A stretch of DNA of 64,000 bases from Candidatus Saccharimonadota bacterium. GTDB taxonomy: Bacteria > Patescibacteriota > Saccharimonadia > Saccharimonadales > DTSZ01. The stretch lies in the NCBI GenBank assembly GCA_012965045.1, contig DTSZ01000001.1, positions 6,607 to 70,606 on the forward strand. Reading direction: 5' to 3'. A program made the translations under genes and the position numbers. Numbering within the stretch: position 1 is the stretch's first letter; each line of letters opens with the position of its first letter. This document shows, piece after piece, positions 27,781 to 37,441 of this stretch. The notes under the pieces were generated by a model. That model ran no database searches and was not told where the DNA came from. It saw only the letters and a program-made list of their open reading frames with translations.

Positions 27781-27794
27781 TAAGGAGATAGATC

Positions 27795-30782
27795 GTGAAA
27801 TTTAAAGCCAAAACCCGACGAAAAGCTATAGAGTACGAAAAAGACATTGTTATGCAGTGGAAGAAAAACAAGACGTTTGAGAAGTCTGTAGAGACGCGTC
27901 CAAAGGAAAATAGTTACGTATTTTATGACGGCCCACCGTTTATATCTGGTGACCCGCATCACGGAACACTACTGAGCAGTATCGTTAAAGACGCCGTGCC
28001 GCGCTTTTGGACAATGAAAGGCAAACGAGTTGAACGTGTATGGGGCTGGGATTGTCACGGATTGCCGGCGGAGCGATTTACAGAGAAAAAACTAGGCATT
28101 CATTCTAGAGAAGAAGTAATAGAATACGGTATTGAAAAATACATTAACGCAGTACGAGCTAATATGGTTCAGACCAGTAGTCAGTGGGAAGACACCATTG
28201 ATAGAATTGGTCGTTGGGTAGAGTTTAAGGGTGCCTATAAAACTATGGACAAAGACTACATGGAAAGCGTGTGGTGGGCTTTTAAAACTCTGTATGAAAA
28301 AGGCAAGATTTACGAGGGTGAAAAGGTATTGACGTACTGTACGTTGGACGGTACGCCATTGTCTAAGGCCGAAGTAACCATGGATTCTGGTGCATACCAA
28401 GATGTCACCGACCCGAGTGTGTATGTGAAGTTTAAGTTAACTGATGGCTCAACGCTCCTAGCCTGGACAACCACACCGTGGACACTCCCAGCTAATACGG
28501 CTGTAGCGGTTAATAGCGATGTAGAGTATAGCGAAGTAAAGGTTGGCGACGAGCAGTTTATTGTTGCTACTGATTTACTAGAATCAGTTCTTGTTAACGA
28601 AAAAAAGCAACCACTGGAATATGAAGTCATTCGAACTCTAATGGGCTCAGAACTAGTCGGCAAGTCCTACGAGCCGCTGTTTGTTGATCGCGGCGAAAAC
28701 GCTCACAAAGTTTGGGCGGCAGACTATGTAGAAACAGAAGCAGGCACTGGTATTGTGCACTTAGCACCAACATACGGCGAAGAAGACTTTGAGCTGGCTA
28801 AAAAAGAAGGTTTTCCAACTGTTCACACCATTGATGAACACGGCTACTTTACTGAGGGGCCGTGGCAGGGTCAGAACGTGTGGGAGATTAATAAACAGAT
28901 TGCTAAAGACATGAATCGCTACAGTACAAAAACATTGCAGGGCGAATACGCTGCGATGGCGACTGAGCAACGCATCGAATTCCACAAAAACAATGAACCA
29001 GAGCCAGACGCCGCAATTTGGCGAGTCGACTACATAAAGCACAGCTACCCGCATTGCCACCGCTGTGATACAAAATTAATGTACCGCGCGCACCCGAGTT
29101 GGTTTATGGATATTGACGGACAGCGCCAGCAAATGCTGGAACTGAACGGCAATATAAATTGGTTTCCTGACCATCTAAAGCACGGTCGGTTTGCTAAAAA
29201 TATAGAGGCAGCACCAGACTGGAACCTTAGTCGTGACCGTTTTTGGGCAACTGCTATGCCAGTATGGAAAAGTGAGAGCGGCAACGTAAGGGTGGTTGGT
29301 AGTTATGCTGAACTCAAAAAGCTAAGTGGAGTAGAACTAGATGACTACCATCGTCCATGGATTGACGACGTTACGTTCGAACGCGACGGCGAAACATACA
29401 CTCGCGTAGATAAAGTTATGGATAGTTGGTTTGAAGCTGGTTCAATGCCGTTTGCTCAGTTCCATTACCCATTTGAAAACAAGCAAAAGTTTGAGCAAAA
29501 TTTCCCGGGTGATTTTATTGTTGAGTATATCGGACAGGTCCGAGCGTGGTTTTACTACATGCTGGCTGTATCAACAGCGCTATTTGGTAAAGAGTCATTC
29601 CAGAATGTTATTACCACCGGAACCTTAGCCGGCAACGATGGCCGCAAGATGAGTAAAAGTCTTGGCAACTATACCGACCCGAACGAGTTGATGGATCAGT
29701 TTTCTGCTGACGCATTGCGCCTTACTTTACTAACCAGCCCAGTACTTAATGGCGAAGATTTTGCCTTAAAAGACAAAGATGTGTCCGACGCTAATCGGAA
29801 GCTTGCCATGATCTGGAACATGTACGACTTTTTTACACTGTATGCAGAGGTGGACGAGTGGGAATGGGACGGTAGCTTAAACGACCCAACTGATTCACTT
29901 AGCAATAGTTTAGATTTGTGGGCGGTTAGCCGGGTGCACGAGGTAGCCAAAATTATTGAAGAATCAATGCAGCGGTATGATTTGCCAAGCGCCACACGTC
30001 CTATATTTGAATTGATTGAAGATATGTCTAACTGGTATGTGCGTCGTAGCCGTCGCCGGTTTTGGAAAAGTGAAGACGATTCAGATAAAAATGATGCCTA
30101 CAAAACACTTCATTATGTGCTTACTCAGATGAGTATAATTTTTGCACCGTTCACACCATTTTTAAGTGAAGAGCTTTATCAAAAGATGACCGGTGGTGAG
30201 TCAGTGCACTTGCTTGACTGGCCACGCATAGGCCACACTAACGAGCTTCTACTAGAACAGATGAAGGTCGCGCGATTAGCGATTAATTCAGGGCTTTCAA
30301 TTAGAGCAAAAAATCAGATAAAAGTAAGACAGCCGCTCGCTAATGTTACGGTTTCAAATAGTGCTGAATCAAAAATTACAGATGAATTGATCGACGTAAT
30401 TAAAGAGGAACTCAATGTTAAACAGATGACTTTTTCTAGCCTAGACTATGCCGAAGACAATTCATCAATGGATACATTTGCAAAAGAGTTTGTTGTACAA
30501 CTTGATACTAAAATCACAGATGAGCTTAAAGCTGAAGGTATGGTGCGAGACGTCATTCGACAGGTGCAGAGTGAGCGTAAAAAAGCTGACTTTGAGGTTG
30601 ATGATCACGTAGAGCTTACCCTGTGGACAGATGATAAAGAGTTGCAAAACGCTATCAAGGCCCATGCTGAACTAATTCAGCAAGAAACCCTCGCCACAAC
30701 ACTCCTAAGTACCAAGCCGAGCAACCAAATTGAATGCAAGATAGCCGGTAAAGAACTGCTAATTGCTGTAAAAAAAGTCTGA
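27795..30782 (+). CDS. ileS: Isoleucyl-tRNA synthetase (type 2 / eukaryote-like architecture; GTG start)
   Basis: Recognisable blocks are GPPFISGDPHHGT (HIGH region), WGWDCHGLP, the CP1 editing domain (TTTPWTLPANTA) and GRKMSKSLGN (KMSKS). The protein is 995 aa. Confidence 0.95.
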   Translation: MKFKAKTRRKAIEYEKDIVMQWKKNKTFEKSVETRPKENSYVFYDGPPFISGDPHHGTLLSSIVKDAVPRFWTMKGKRVERVWGWDCHGLPAERFTEKKLGIHSREEVIEYGIEKYINAVRANMVQTSSQWEDTIDRIGRWVEFKGAYKTMDKDYMESVWWAFKTLYEKGKIYEGEKVLTYCTLDGTPLSKAEVTMDSGAYQDVTDPSVYVKFKLTDGSTLLAWTTTPWTLPANTAVAVNSDVEYSEVKVGDEQFIVATDLLESVLVNEKKQPLEYEVIRTLMGSELVGKSYEPLFVDRGENAHKVWAADYVETEAGTGIVHLAPTYGEEDFELAKKEGFPTVHTIDEHGYFTEGPWQGQNVWEINKQIAKDMNRYSTKTLQGEYAAMATEQRIEFHKNNEPEPDAAIWRVDYIKHSYPHCHRCDTKLMYRAHPSWFMDIDGQRQQMLELNGNINWFPDHLKHGRFAKNIEAAPDWNLSRDRFWATAMPVWKSESGNVRVVGSYAELKKLSGVELDDYHRPWIDDVTFERDGETYTRVDKVMDSWFEAGSMPFAQFHYPFENKQKFEQNFPGDFIVEYIGQVRAWFYYMLAVSTALFGKESFQNVITTGTLAGNDGRKMSKSLGNYTDPNELMDQFSADALRLTLLTSPVLNGEDFALKDKDVSDANRKLAMIWNMYDFFTLYAEVDEWEWDGSLNDPTDSLSNSLDLWAVSRVHEVAKIIEESMQRYDLPSATRPIFELIEDMSNWYVRRSRRRFWKSEDDSDKNDAYKTLHYVLTQMSIIFAPFTPFLSEELYQKMTGGESVHLLDWPRIGHTNELLLEQMKVARLAINSGLSIRAKNQIKVRQPLANVTVSNSAESKITDELIDVIKEELNVKQMTFSSLDYAEDNSSMDTFAKEFVVQLDTKITDELKAEGMVRDVIRQVQSERKKADFEVDDHVELTLWTDDKELQNAIKAHAELIQQETLATTLLSTKPSNQIECKIAGKELLIAVKKV

Positions 30783-30815
30783 CCATATTTTTTACGAGCT
30801 TGCTAAACTAGGGGT

Positions 30816-31922
30816 ATGCTACGCAGCCGCTTGGGAACCGCAACAAAAACTGACTGGTTGTTAATTGCAGCTACTGGATTTTTAGTTGGTCTGAGTACCA
30901 CTATTTTATTTGCAATCGAAGAGGGTGCGGCAAACTCAGTTAATTTCTCACCGTATAAACACGTCTTACATGCCTTGATTGGCATTGGATTGGCCGCAGT
31001 AATATCTCGTAGTAATTTCGGTATATGGTACCGTCTGGCCAGCTGGTTGTATTGGGCATCGATACTTCTGTTGTTGATTGTTTTGTTCGCTAATCCAACG
31101 TCTGGTTCATCCCGTTGGATAGAACTTGGGTTTATGCAGTTTCAACCCAGTGAACTGGCAAAATTCGCCCTAATATTGCTTTTAGCGCGGCTGTTTTCTC
31201 GTCGGCGCGGAAAAATGAATAATCCTTTCAACATAGGCCTGTCAATTTTCTACACGGCACTACCGTCGGCGTTGGTCTTGCTTCAGCCCGACCTAGGCAC
31301 GGCAATTGTTTTTGTTGTTATTTGGTTTAGCATGCTGGTAATTAGCGACATAAAGCCGCTGTATCTTGTAGCAGGTTTTATTTTTGTAGCCGTTATCGGC
31401 GCATTATCGGTGCCGCTGCTGCAGGACTACCAGAAACAACGACTGCTAACGTTCTTAGACCCTTCAGCTGACCCGCAGGGCGCAGGCTATAACGTTCGTC
31501 AGGCTAGTATTGCCATTGGAAGCGGCAAGGTTTTTGGTCAGGGTTTAGATTCTGGCACCCAAAGTCAGCTTAATTTTTTGCCAGCCCAGCATACCGACTT
31601 TATATTTGCCGTAACAGCAGAAAAGCTAGGCTTGGTTGGGGCGATGAGTGTAGTAATAGCATTCGGGGTAATTGTAGTTCGCATATTGCAGCACGCTGCT
31701 CGGTTAAAAAACTCTTTTGCGGCCCATGTTTGTTTAGGGGTGGCGGTACTGTTGGCTTTTCATATAATTATTAATATAGGTATGAATCTTGGGCTTGTGC
31801 CGGTTACGGGGTTGCCGCTACCGTTTATGAGCTATGGCGGCACATACCTAGTGATAACCATGGTGGCCATCGGTGTAATGTTAAGTACGCTACGAAAACA
31901 AGAAAATCTAGAATTTGTGTAA
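30816..31922 (+). CDS. SEDS-family peptidoglycan glycosyltransferase (FtsW/RodA)
   Basis: The protein has about 10 TM segments. Conserved blocks are ELGFMQFQPSELAKF, QPDLGTA, TDFIFA and PVTGLPLPFMSYGGT. Confidence 0.85.
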   Translation: MLRSRLGTATKTDWLLIAATGFLVGLSTTILFAIEEGAANSVNFSPYKHVLHALIGIGLAAVISRSNFGIWYRLASWLYWASILLLLIVLFANPTSGSSRWIELGFMQFQPSELAKFALILLLARLFSRRRGKMNNPFNIGLSIFYTALPSALVLLQPDLGTAIVFVVIWFSMLVISDIKPLYLVAGFIFVAVIGALSVPLLQDYQKQRLLTFLDPSADPQGAGYNVRQASIAIGSGKVFGQGLDSGTQSQLNFLPAQHTDFIFAVTAEKLGLVGAMSVVIAFGVIVVRILQHAARLKNSFAAHVCLGVAVLLAFHIIINIGMNLGLVPVTGLPLPFMSYGGTYLVITMVAIGVMLSTLRKQENLEFV

Positions 31923-31967
31923 GAAGTCTTTACAGAGGTCACTTTAACTGTTAAGATTTATCAGATT

Positions 31968-32270
31968 ATGAAGCAAGCAGTGATTAAAACAGGTGGCAAA
32001 CAGTATGTCGTTAAAAAGAACGACGTTTTAGATGTTGAAAGTTTAGGCGATGCAAAAACCGTAAACTTTACTCCTTTGATGGTCTTTGATGACAATGACG
32101 TAACTGTCGGGGAGCCAGAAGTAAAAGGTGCAAAAGTTTCTGCTAAGGTCTTAGAACAAATTCGTGATGACAAAGTTGTAGCAATTCGCTACAAAGCTAA
32201 AAAACGTGTACATAAAAAACACGGTCACAGACAAAACTACTCTCGAATTCAAATTACTGATATTAAATAG
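31968..32270 (+). CDS. rplU: 50S ribosomal protein L21
   Basis: The sequence MKQAVIKTGGKQYVVKKNDVLDVE...KVVAIRYKAKKRVHKKHGHRQ.Y..I is the canonical L21 pattern. Confidence 0.9.
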   Translation: MKQAVIKTGGKQYVVKKNDVLDVESLGDAKTVNFTPLMVFDDNDVTVGEPEVKGAKVSAKVLEQIRDDKVVAIRYKAKKRVHKKHGHRQNYSRIQITDIK

Positions 32271-32321
32271 TAGTATTTAATACGACAATATGGCCCCACT
32301 TAACACCTGTAATTTTTAGCG

Positions 32322-33494
32322 CTATGTACTATTTTTGCTGGTAAGTGTCAAAAATACACCATTGGTCCAGCCAAAGCCTTCTTGGTTGGGGTAGCGACCT
32401 GGTTTGCCAACCGACTGGTTGACGACATCATATTTTTCCCAGAATTTACCTGTTTCTGTAAAAACAGCCATATTTAAACTAAGCCATTTGTCGGCGATGC
32501 GCTGCGCGTCGTCATCAAGGTTATATTTTTTTAGACCATCGATAACAAACCAGTGTAGCGGAGCCCAGCCATTTGGATAGTCCCATTGTTTAAACGGCTG
32601 CATAAGCTGCTGGTCAGTTGTGGCGCTTAAACCGCCAGAATGTTCGAACTCGCTAAGATGATCGACTAGTATTTGAGCTTCTTTTTTGGTTAAAACTTCC
32701 GCAAACAATGGCATAAAACCAGCCAATGATTTAAATGAGCTGATTTGGTTGGATGCAAGATCATAGTCATAAAAGAAACCACCGTGCCCCATAAGCTGTT
32801 TAATAGAAGTAGCTCTGGCTTTGGCTTGTTGTCTGTATTTGTGGGCCTTATCGGCGTTATCAGTAAGCTCATAAAACCACTGTAAATCGAGTTCATAGCG
32901 GTGCAGTAAGCAATTTAGATCAATTGGCACGTAGGACAGAGCATGATTATTGAATCGCGACGTCATATCCCAGCCCGATTCGTGCTCCGCTGTCTGGTCG
33001 ATTAAGTGGTGGTCGGCGTAGCGGCTTAATCCTTGATGGACAAGGTGATCCACAACATGATCAGCTGGATCAATGTTCATCCAATAGCCTGTTAATTCAG
33101 CCTCTGCAGTTGCCATAACTTTTTTTAGCCAAACGGTGTCGCCAGTTTTAGCATAGACCACTCGAGCCATGCTGGTGAGCAGCGGCGGTTGCGATATGCC
33201 GGTGTCGTAGGTTCTATTCCTCATTGGAATTAAGCCGAATCTGTCGAATAAAAACACTAAATTATCAACCATGCCACGGGCCAGGTCGATATTTTGGTCG
33301 TCATCAACTAAGCCTAAAATTATAAAAAAACTGTCCCAGTAGAACTGATCACAATGAAACTGGCCGCCGCTTGGAGACACGAATGGATTCGGTAGTTGAA
33401 TGTAGCTACCAGAGTCTTCTGTGGTGCAGGTCATTAAGTGACCCCAATAATTTTTAATATAGCTCCGTGCGGATTCTATTTGTTTTTGTTCCAT
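32322..33494 (-). CDS. treA: Trehalase (glycoside hydrolase family 37), apparently cytoplasmic
   Basis: GH37 signature-like blocks are SGGQFHCDQFYWDSFF (compare PGGRFxExYyWDsY) and KQWDYPNGWAPLHW (compare QWDxPxgWaP), plus ESGWDMTSRF. I trimmed the start to MEQKQIESARS.. (33494), because the longer track ORF overlaps the parA start. No signal peptide is evident. Confidence 0.85.
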   Translation of the reverse strand: MEQKQIESARSYIKNYWGHLMTCTTEDSGSYIQLPNPFVSPSGGQFHCDQFYWDSFFIILGLVDDDQNIDLARGMVDNLVFLFDRFGLIPMRNRTYDTGISQPPLLTSMARVVYAKTGDTVWLKKVMATAEAELTGYWMNIDPADHVVDHLVHQGLSRYADHHLIDQTAEHESGWDMTSRFNNHALSYVPIDLNCLLHRYELDLQWFYELTDNADKAHKYRQQAKARATSIKQLMGHGGFFYDYDLASNQISSFKSLAGFMPLFAEVLTKKEAQILVDHLSEFEHSGGLSATTDQQLMQPFKQWDYPNGWAPLHWFVIDGLKKYNLDDDAQRIADKWLSLNMAVFTETGKFWEKYDVVNQSVGKPGRYPNQEGFGWTNGVFLTLTSKNST

Positions 33495-33581
33495 AGTAAA
33501 CAGGTTAGCGTGCTTGGTGTATGGGTTGCAAACTGATAAACTAAAGCAAGATAGAAAAATATAAATGTTGAGGGCGTTAAA

Positions 33582-34328
33582 GTGCAAAAAGTGCTTGCGG
33601 TGGCTAACCAAAAGGGTGGGGTTGGCAAGACAACGACTACTATTAATTTGGGTAGCGCACTAGCTCGTGCAGGCTATAAAGTGCTGTTGGTCGATCTTGA
33701 CCCACAAGCTAATACAACCAGTGGACTCGGAGTTGCCCGACCAGAAACCTCAATATATGATCTTCTGTTTGACGACAGCAAAACGGCCCAAACCGTTGTT
33801 GATGCGGGTGAAGTTTCATTAATTCCATCACATCCTAATCTGGCTGCCGCAGAAGTAGAGCTGGTTAGCGAGCTTAATAGGGAACGACGGTTGCAGAATA
33901 TTCTACAAACCACAGCGTTCGACTATGTATTGATAGACTGTCCGCCGTCTTTAGGGATATTAACAATCAATGCGCTTACCGCCGCAGATGGAGTGTTGAT
34001 TCCTGTCCAGGCTGAATATTACGCGCTTGAGGGGTTGAGTCAGTTAGTTGATTCTATTCAACGAGTTCGTGTTGCGCTAAATCCACGCCTGACTATATCT
34101 GGTGTCGTGCTGACTATGGTTGATGAGAGGACCAGCTTATCAAAAGAGGTGCTAGAGCAGGTTAAACGACACTTTGGCGAACTTGTATTTAGTGAATTTG
34201 TGCCACGGAATGTCCGCTTAGCTGAAGCACCAAGCCACGGGGTTAGTGTGTTTGAGCATGACAAATGGAGCAAGGGCGCTCGCGCGTACAAAACGATAGC
34301 GAATGAATTAGTGAAACGAATTGGGTAG
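33582..34328 (+). CDS. parA: Chromosome partitioning ATPase ParA/Soj (GTG start)
   Basis: The deviant Walker A is ANQKGGVGKTTT. LVDLDPQAN and DCPPSLG are also present. Confidence 0.9.
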   Translation: MQKVLAVANQKGGVGKTTTTINLGSALARAGYKVLLVDLDPQANTTSGLGVARPETSIYDLLFDDSKTAQTVVDAGEVSLIPSHPNLAAAEVELVSELNRERRLQNILQTTAFDYVLIDCPPSLGILTINALTAADGVLIPVQAEYYALEGLSQLVDSIQRVRVALNPRLTISGVVLTMVDERTSLSKEVLEQVKRHFGELVFSEFVPRNVRLAEAPSHGVSVFEHDKWSKGARAYKTIANELVKRIG

Positions 34329-34343
34329 GGTAGAAAGAACATT

Positions 34344-35210
34344 ATGGCAAAAACAAAAGGACTAGGCAGGGGACTGGAGAGTTTAATACCCACAGAAGTT
34401 ATACAGGAGCAAATACAAGCTTCGCGAAATACCGGAGTACAAGAAATTGATCTCGCTCATATTGTTCCAAACCCTCATCAGCCACGAACGAATTTTAAAC
34501 CAGAGGCCATTGATGAACTTGCTCAGTCTTTAGAGCAACACGGATTGGTCCAACCGGTAGTTGTTATAAAAAATAACAATGAGTTTCAGCTTATTGCTGG
34601 TGAGCGGCGTGTGCGTGCAGCAAAGCAGCTCAAATGGAAAACAATCCCAGCGTTAGTCCGCACTGCAGATGAGCAACAGCAACTAGAGCTAGCCTTAGTC
34701 GAAAATATTCACCGGGACGATTTAAATCCTTTGGAGATTGCTGCTAGCTACATTAAGCTTGTTGAGCTATTTGGGCTGGAAGTTGTAGAGGTTGCCGAAA
34801 AAGCAGGTAAGGCGGAGAGTACTGTTCGGAATATTATTCGTTTGCTTAATCTACCCCAAGAAGCAAAGGACGCACTAACGGATAAGGTTATTACTGAAGG
34901 GCATGCTCGGCAGATCCTCGCCTTAAAAGACCCGAAAAAACAGCAAGAGCTGCTAAGTCTTATCAAAAAACACGACTGGTCCGTGCGGCAGACGGAAATG
35001 TTTACTAAACGGTTTAAAACCAAGGGGAGCACTAAAGAAGTTGCGGCAAAACGAACGCTATCAGAAACACCGCAAACGAAGAAACTCAGCCAGGTTTATA
35101 ACCGCACGGTGCGTATTCAGCGTACTGCCAAAGGTGGCCGGCTTATGTTTGAATTTAAAAACGAATCAGATTTAAAAAAGTTAACAAAACGCTTAGCCGA
35201 ACTAGAATAA
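34344..35210 (+). CDS. parB: Chromosome partitioning protein ParB/Spo0J
   Basis: NPHQPR and the ParB box GERRVRAA are present, followed by an HTH region. Confidence 0.9.
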   Translation: MAKTKGLGRGLESLIPTEVIQEQIQASRNTGVQEIDLAHIVPNPHQPRTNFKPEAIDELAQSLEQHGLVQPVVVIKNNNEFQLIAGERRVRAAKQLKWKTIPALVRTADEQQQLELALVENIHRDDLNPLEIAASYIKLVELFGLEVVEVAEKAGKAESTVRNIIRLLNLPQEAKDALTDKVITEGHARQILALKDPKKQQELLSLIKKHDWSVRQTEMFTKRFKTKGSTKEVAAKRTLSETPQTKKLSQVYNRTVRIQRTAKGGRLMFEFKNESDLKKLTKRLAELE

Positions 35211-35810
35211 ACGAGCATTTCCTAACGGGAACAGGCGGATTTCTAAGGTTCCAATGATTTTATCTATCGACACGGTGCCAAGTTCATTACGTGAATCGAG
35301 CGATCCTCCGGGACTGCGGTTGTCGCCGCTAACAAAAACATGATCATTTTCGACAGTAATATCAACCAGTCCGCTGGTGTATTCCAGGTCTAATTTTAGC
35401 TCAGCATCAACATTAAATCCGTCGGGGAATTCGTCATTGTAAATGGTGATTACGCCGTCTTCCAGCTTGACTCGCTCGCCAGGCAAACCAATGACTCGCT
35501 TGATTAACTGCAGATCCGAAGAGCCACGTGGGTCATTAAATACAATAATGTCCCCTCGTTTTGGTACAAATTCGCCCTGACTAATGCTCGAGAACGTTTT
35601 ACCTAACTTAGAAATTACCAGCCGATCACCAGGAGACAGTGTCGGCTCCATGCTTTGACCAAAGACTTCGTATGACTGCAAGCCAAAACCATTAATAATA
35701 AGAACGAGCAGAATTACCGCTCCAATGAACTTAAATGCCGATAGAGCATTTTGCACCCACGGGGTTCGCGCTTCTGCAAAATCAGGCTTTATGTCTTGTG
35801 GTGTTTCCAT
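35202..35810 (-). CDS. lepB: Signal peptidase I
   Basis: The protein has an N-terminal TM segment. The catalytic-Ser block is GQSMEPTL, and RGDIIVF, KRVIGLPGE and GDNR..S.DSR are also present. Confidence 0.85.
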   Translation of the reverse strand: METPQDIKPDFAEARTPWVQNALSAFKFIGAVILLVLIINGFGLQSYEVFGQSMEPTLSPGDRLVISKLGKTFSSISQGEFVPKRGDIIVFNDPRGSSDLQLIKRVIGLPGERVKLEDGVITIYNDEFPDGFNVDAELKLDLEYTSGLVDITVENDHVFVSGDNRSPGGSLDSRNELGTVSIDKIIGTLEIRLFPLGNARLF

Positions 35811-35911
35811 AGTTCTAGTAAAGTATGCCTCGTAGTTAGCATAACTTCAAATATTTACTGTTTTAGTCAATGAATTTCTACTGATTTTAGGCTATACTAT
35901 AAGAACATTTT

Positions 35912-37441
35912 ATGATGAACAAGAACAGAGGTGGTACACCTCAAGCTAAACTTTCTGGTAAAGGGCGTCCGTTGCGACGCTCTTTACGTGATGCGCGGCC
36001 TATTGGTAAAACTCAGCAACATATAGAAAAAAAGCAAACGACGCGACCTCGACGCCGAAATACTGCTGCAGATTTCGAAAAAGGCCTTAACAGCATCACC
36101 GATGTAGCTAAATCTCCTAAAAAACGGGGCATATACCGATTTAAAAAATTATTGAAATACAGCTTTTTATTGACTGTTTTCGTCGGCGTAGTCATGGCCG
36201 GCTATATAGGCTTTAAGATTTTTACATTCGCCCAAGACGTGATTGTTGACAGGGGTGATGGCGCTCTTGGATTGTCTGGTGATATTGATCCAAGCCAACT
36301 AAAAGGTGAAGGTGACGGCCGCGTGAACGTCTTGCTTGTAGGAATTGGCGGCGACGGCCATGAAGGTGCTAATTTGTCCGATGTCATTATGACCGTCAGT
36401 ATCGACCCAACCAACAACACGGCAGCCATGCTGTCTATCCCACGCGACCTGTACTTAACGATTCCAGGTTATTACTCAACCCGCATAAATGCTGCATATG
36501 CACTAGGCGAGCAAGACCCTGACACAACCGGAGCAGAGGTACTAACCGAAACAGTTGAGGGGATTCTCGACATTGATCTTCATTATTTTGTCCAGATTGA
36601 TTTCCAGGGCTTTATTGAGGTTATTGATCGACTTGGTGGTGTAGAAGTGGATGTACAAGAATACTTACGTGATCCTTTTATCGAAGAGACATTTGGCGGC
36701 GGTTATAGCGGGCCGTTTGAGGTTTTCCCTGGCATCCAGCAAATGGATGGCCCGACCGCCCTACAATATGCTCGGTCTCGAAAAACTACGAGTGACTTTG
36801 ACCGAGCCCGCCGACAGCAAATCGTATTAAAGGCGGTTAAAGACAAAGCTTTGAGCCTTGGAACGTTCTCTAACCCGCTTAAGATTGGCGATATGCTTGA
36901 CTCGCTTGGTCGGAATGTAAAAACCAACATTCAAATATCTGAGATGTTACGCATGCTTGAGATCGCTCAAACCATTAACAACGACACGGTGAGAAGTGAA
37001 GTGCTCGACAATAGTGCTGGCGGGTTTCTTGCCGCACAAAATATCTCGGGTGCTTCTGTATTAGTGCCCCGCGGTGGTTTGAATAATTTCTCTGAAATAC
37101 AAAAATACGTAAAAGGTGATTTATTTGCAGACGGGTTTATTACCAGCGAAAATGCAGCCATAAGTGTATTAAACGCCACAAACACTCCTGGCTTAGCGAC
37201 AGAACTCGGAGAAGAGCTTGAGGAGCTTGGCTACAACGTGGTTGAAATAGGGAACGCCACGTTAGAAGCTGTACCAGAAACAACAATTTTGTATGACAAT
37301 TCTCTCGGAGTCCTGCCGTACACCACGAGTTTACTGGAAAAGCGCCTTGATATTATTGCTCGAGGTAAAGCACCAGAAGTCGGCCAGACAGGTGTGAATG
37401 ATATAGTCATTGTTATAGGAGCGGATTATATCGATGACTGA
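35912..37441 (+). CDS. LytR-CpsA-Psr (LCP) family cell-envelope glycopolymer transferase with a C-terminal LytR_C-like domain
   Basis: A basic cytoplasmic N-terminus is followed by one TM segment. The LCP core shows NVLLVGIGGDG....SDVIM..SI......A.MLSIPRDL and ARSRK.TSDFDRARRQQ. Confidence 0.8.
   Translation: MMNKNRGGTPQAKLSGKGRPLRRSLRDARPIGKTQQHIEKKQTTRPRRRNTAADFEKGLNSITDVAKSPKKRGIYRFKKLLKYSFLLTVFVGVVMAGYIGFKIFTFAQDVIVDRGDGALGLSGDIDPSQLKGEGDGRVNVLLVGIGGDGHEGANLSDVIMTVSIDPTNNTAAMLSIPRDLYLTIPGYYSTRINAAYALGEQDPDTTGAEVLTETVEGILDIDLHYFVQIDFQGFIEVIDRLGGVEVDVQEYLRDPFIEETFGGGYSGPFEVFPGIQQMDGPTALQYARSRKTTSDFDRARRQQIVLKAVKDKALSLGTFSNPLKIGDMLDSLGRNVKTNIQISEMLRMLEIAQTINNDTVRSEVLDNSAGGFLAAQNISGASVLVPRGGLNNFSEIQKYVKGDLFADGFITSENAAISVLNATNTPGLATELGEELEELGYNVVEIGNATLEAVPETTILYDNSLGVLPYTTSLLEKRLDIIARGKAPEVGQTGVNDIVIVIGADYIDD

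Noticed and set aside
30780-30782. Possibility of an alternative genetic code (UGA=Gly, code 25) as in some CPR lineages
   Set aside because: Long conserved genes translate intact under the standard code. TGA is used as a terminator at the expected C-terminus, for example in ileS (..AVKKV-TGA). Code 11 therefore fits.
33495-33611. Long form of the trehalase ORF (track start 33611)
   Set aside because: The extension (MVSHRKHFLHFNALNIYIFLSCF..) crosses the divergent intergenic region and overlaps the parA start. MEQKQ.. at 33494 begins the conserved region.
34344-35300. Search for a parS site (tGTTTCACGTGAAACa) in or near parB
   Set aside because: I found only a partial match (ttacgtgaat, about 35287). 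No convincing 16-bp palindrome was found by eye.
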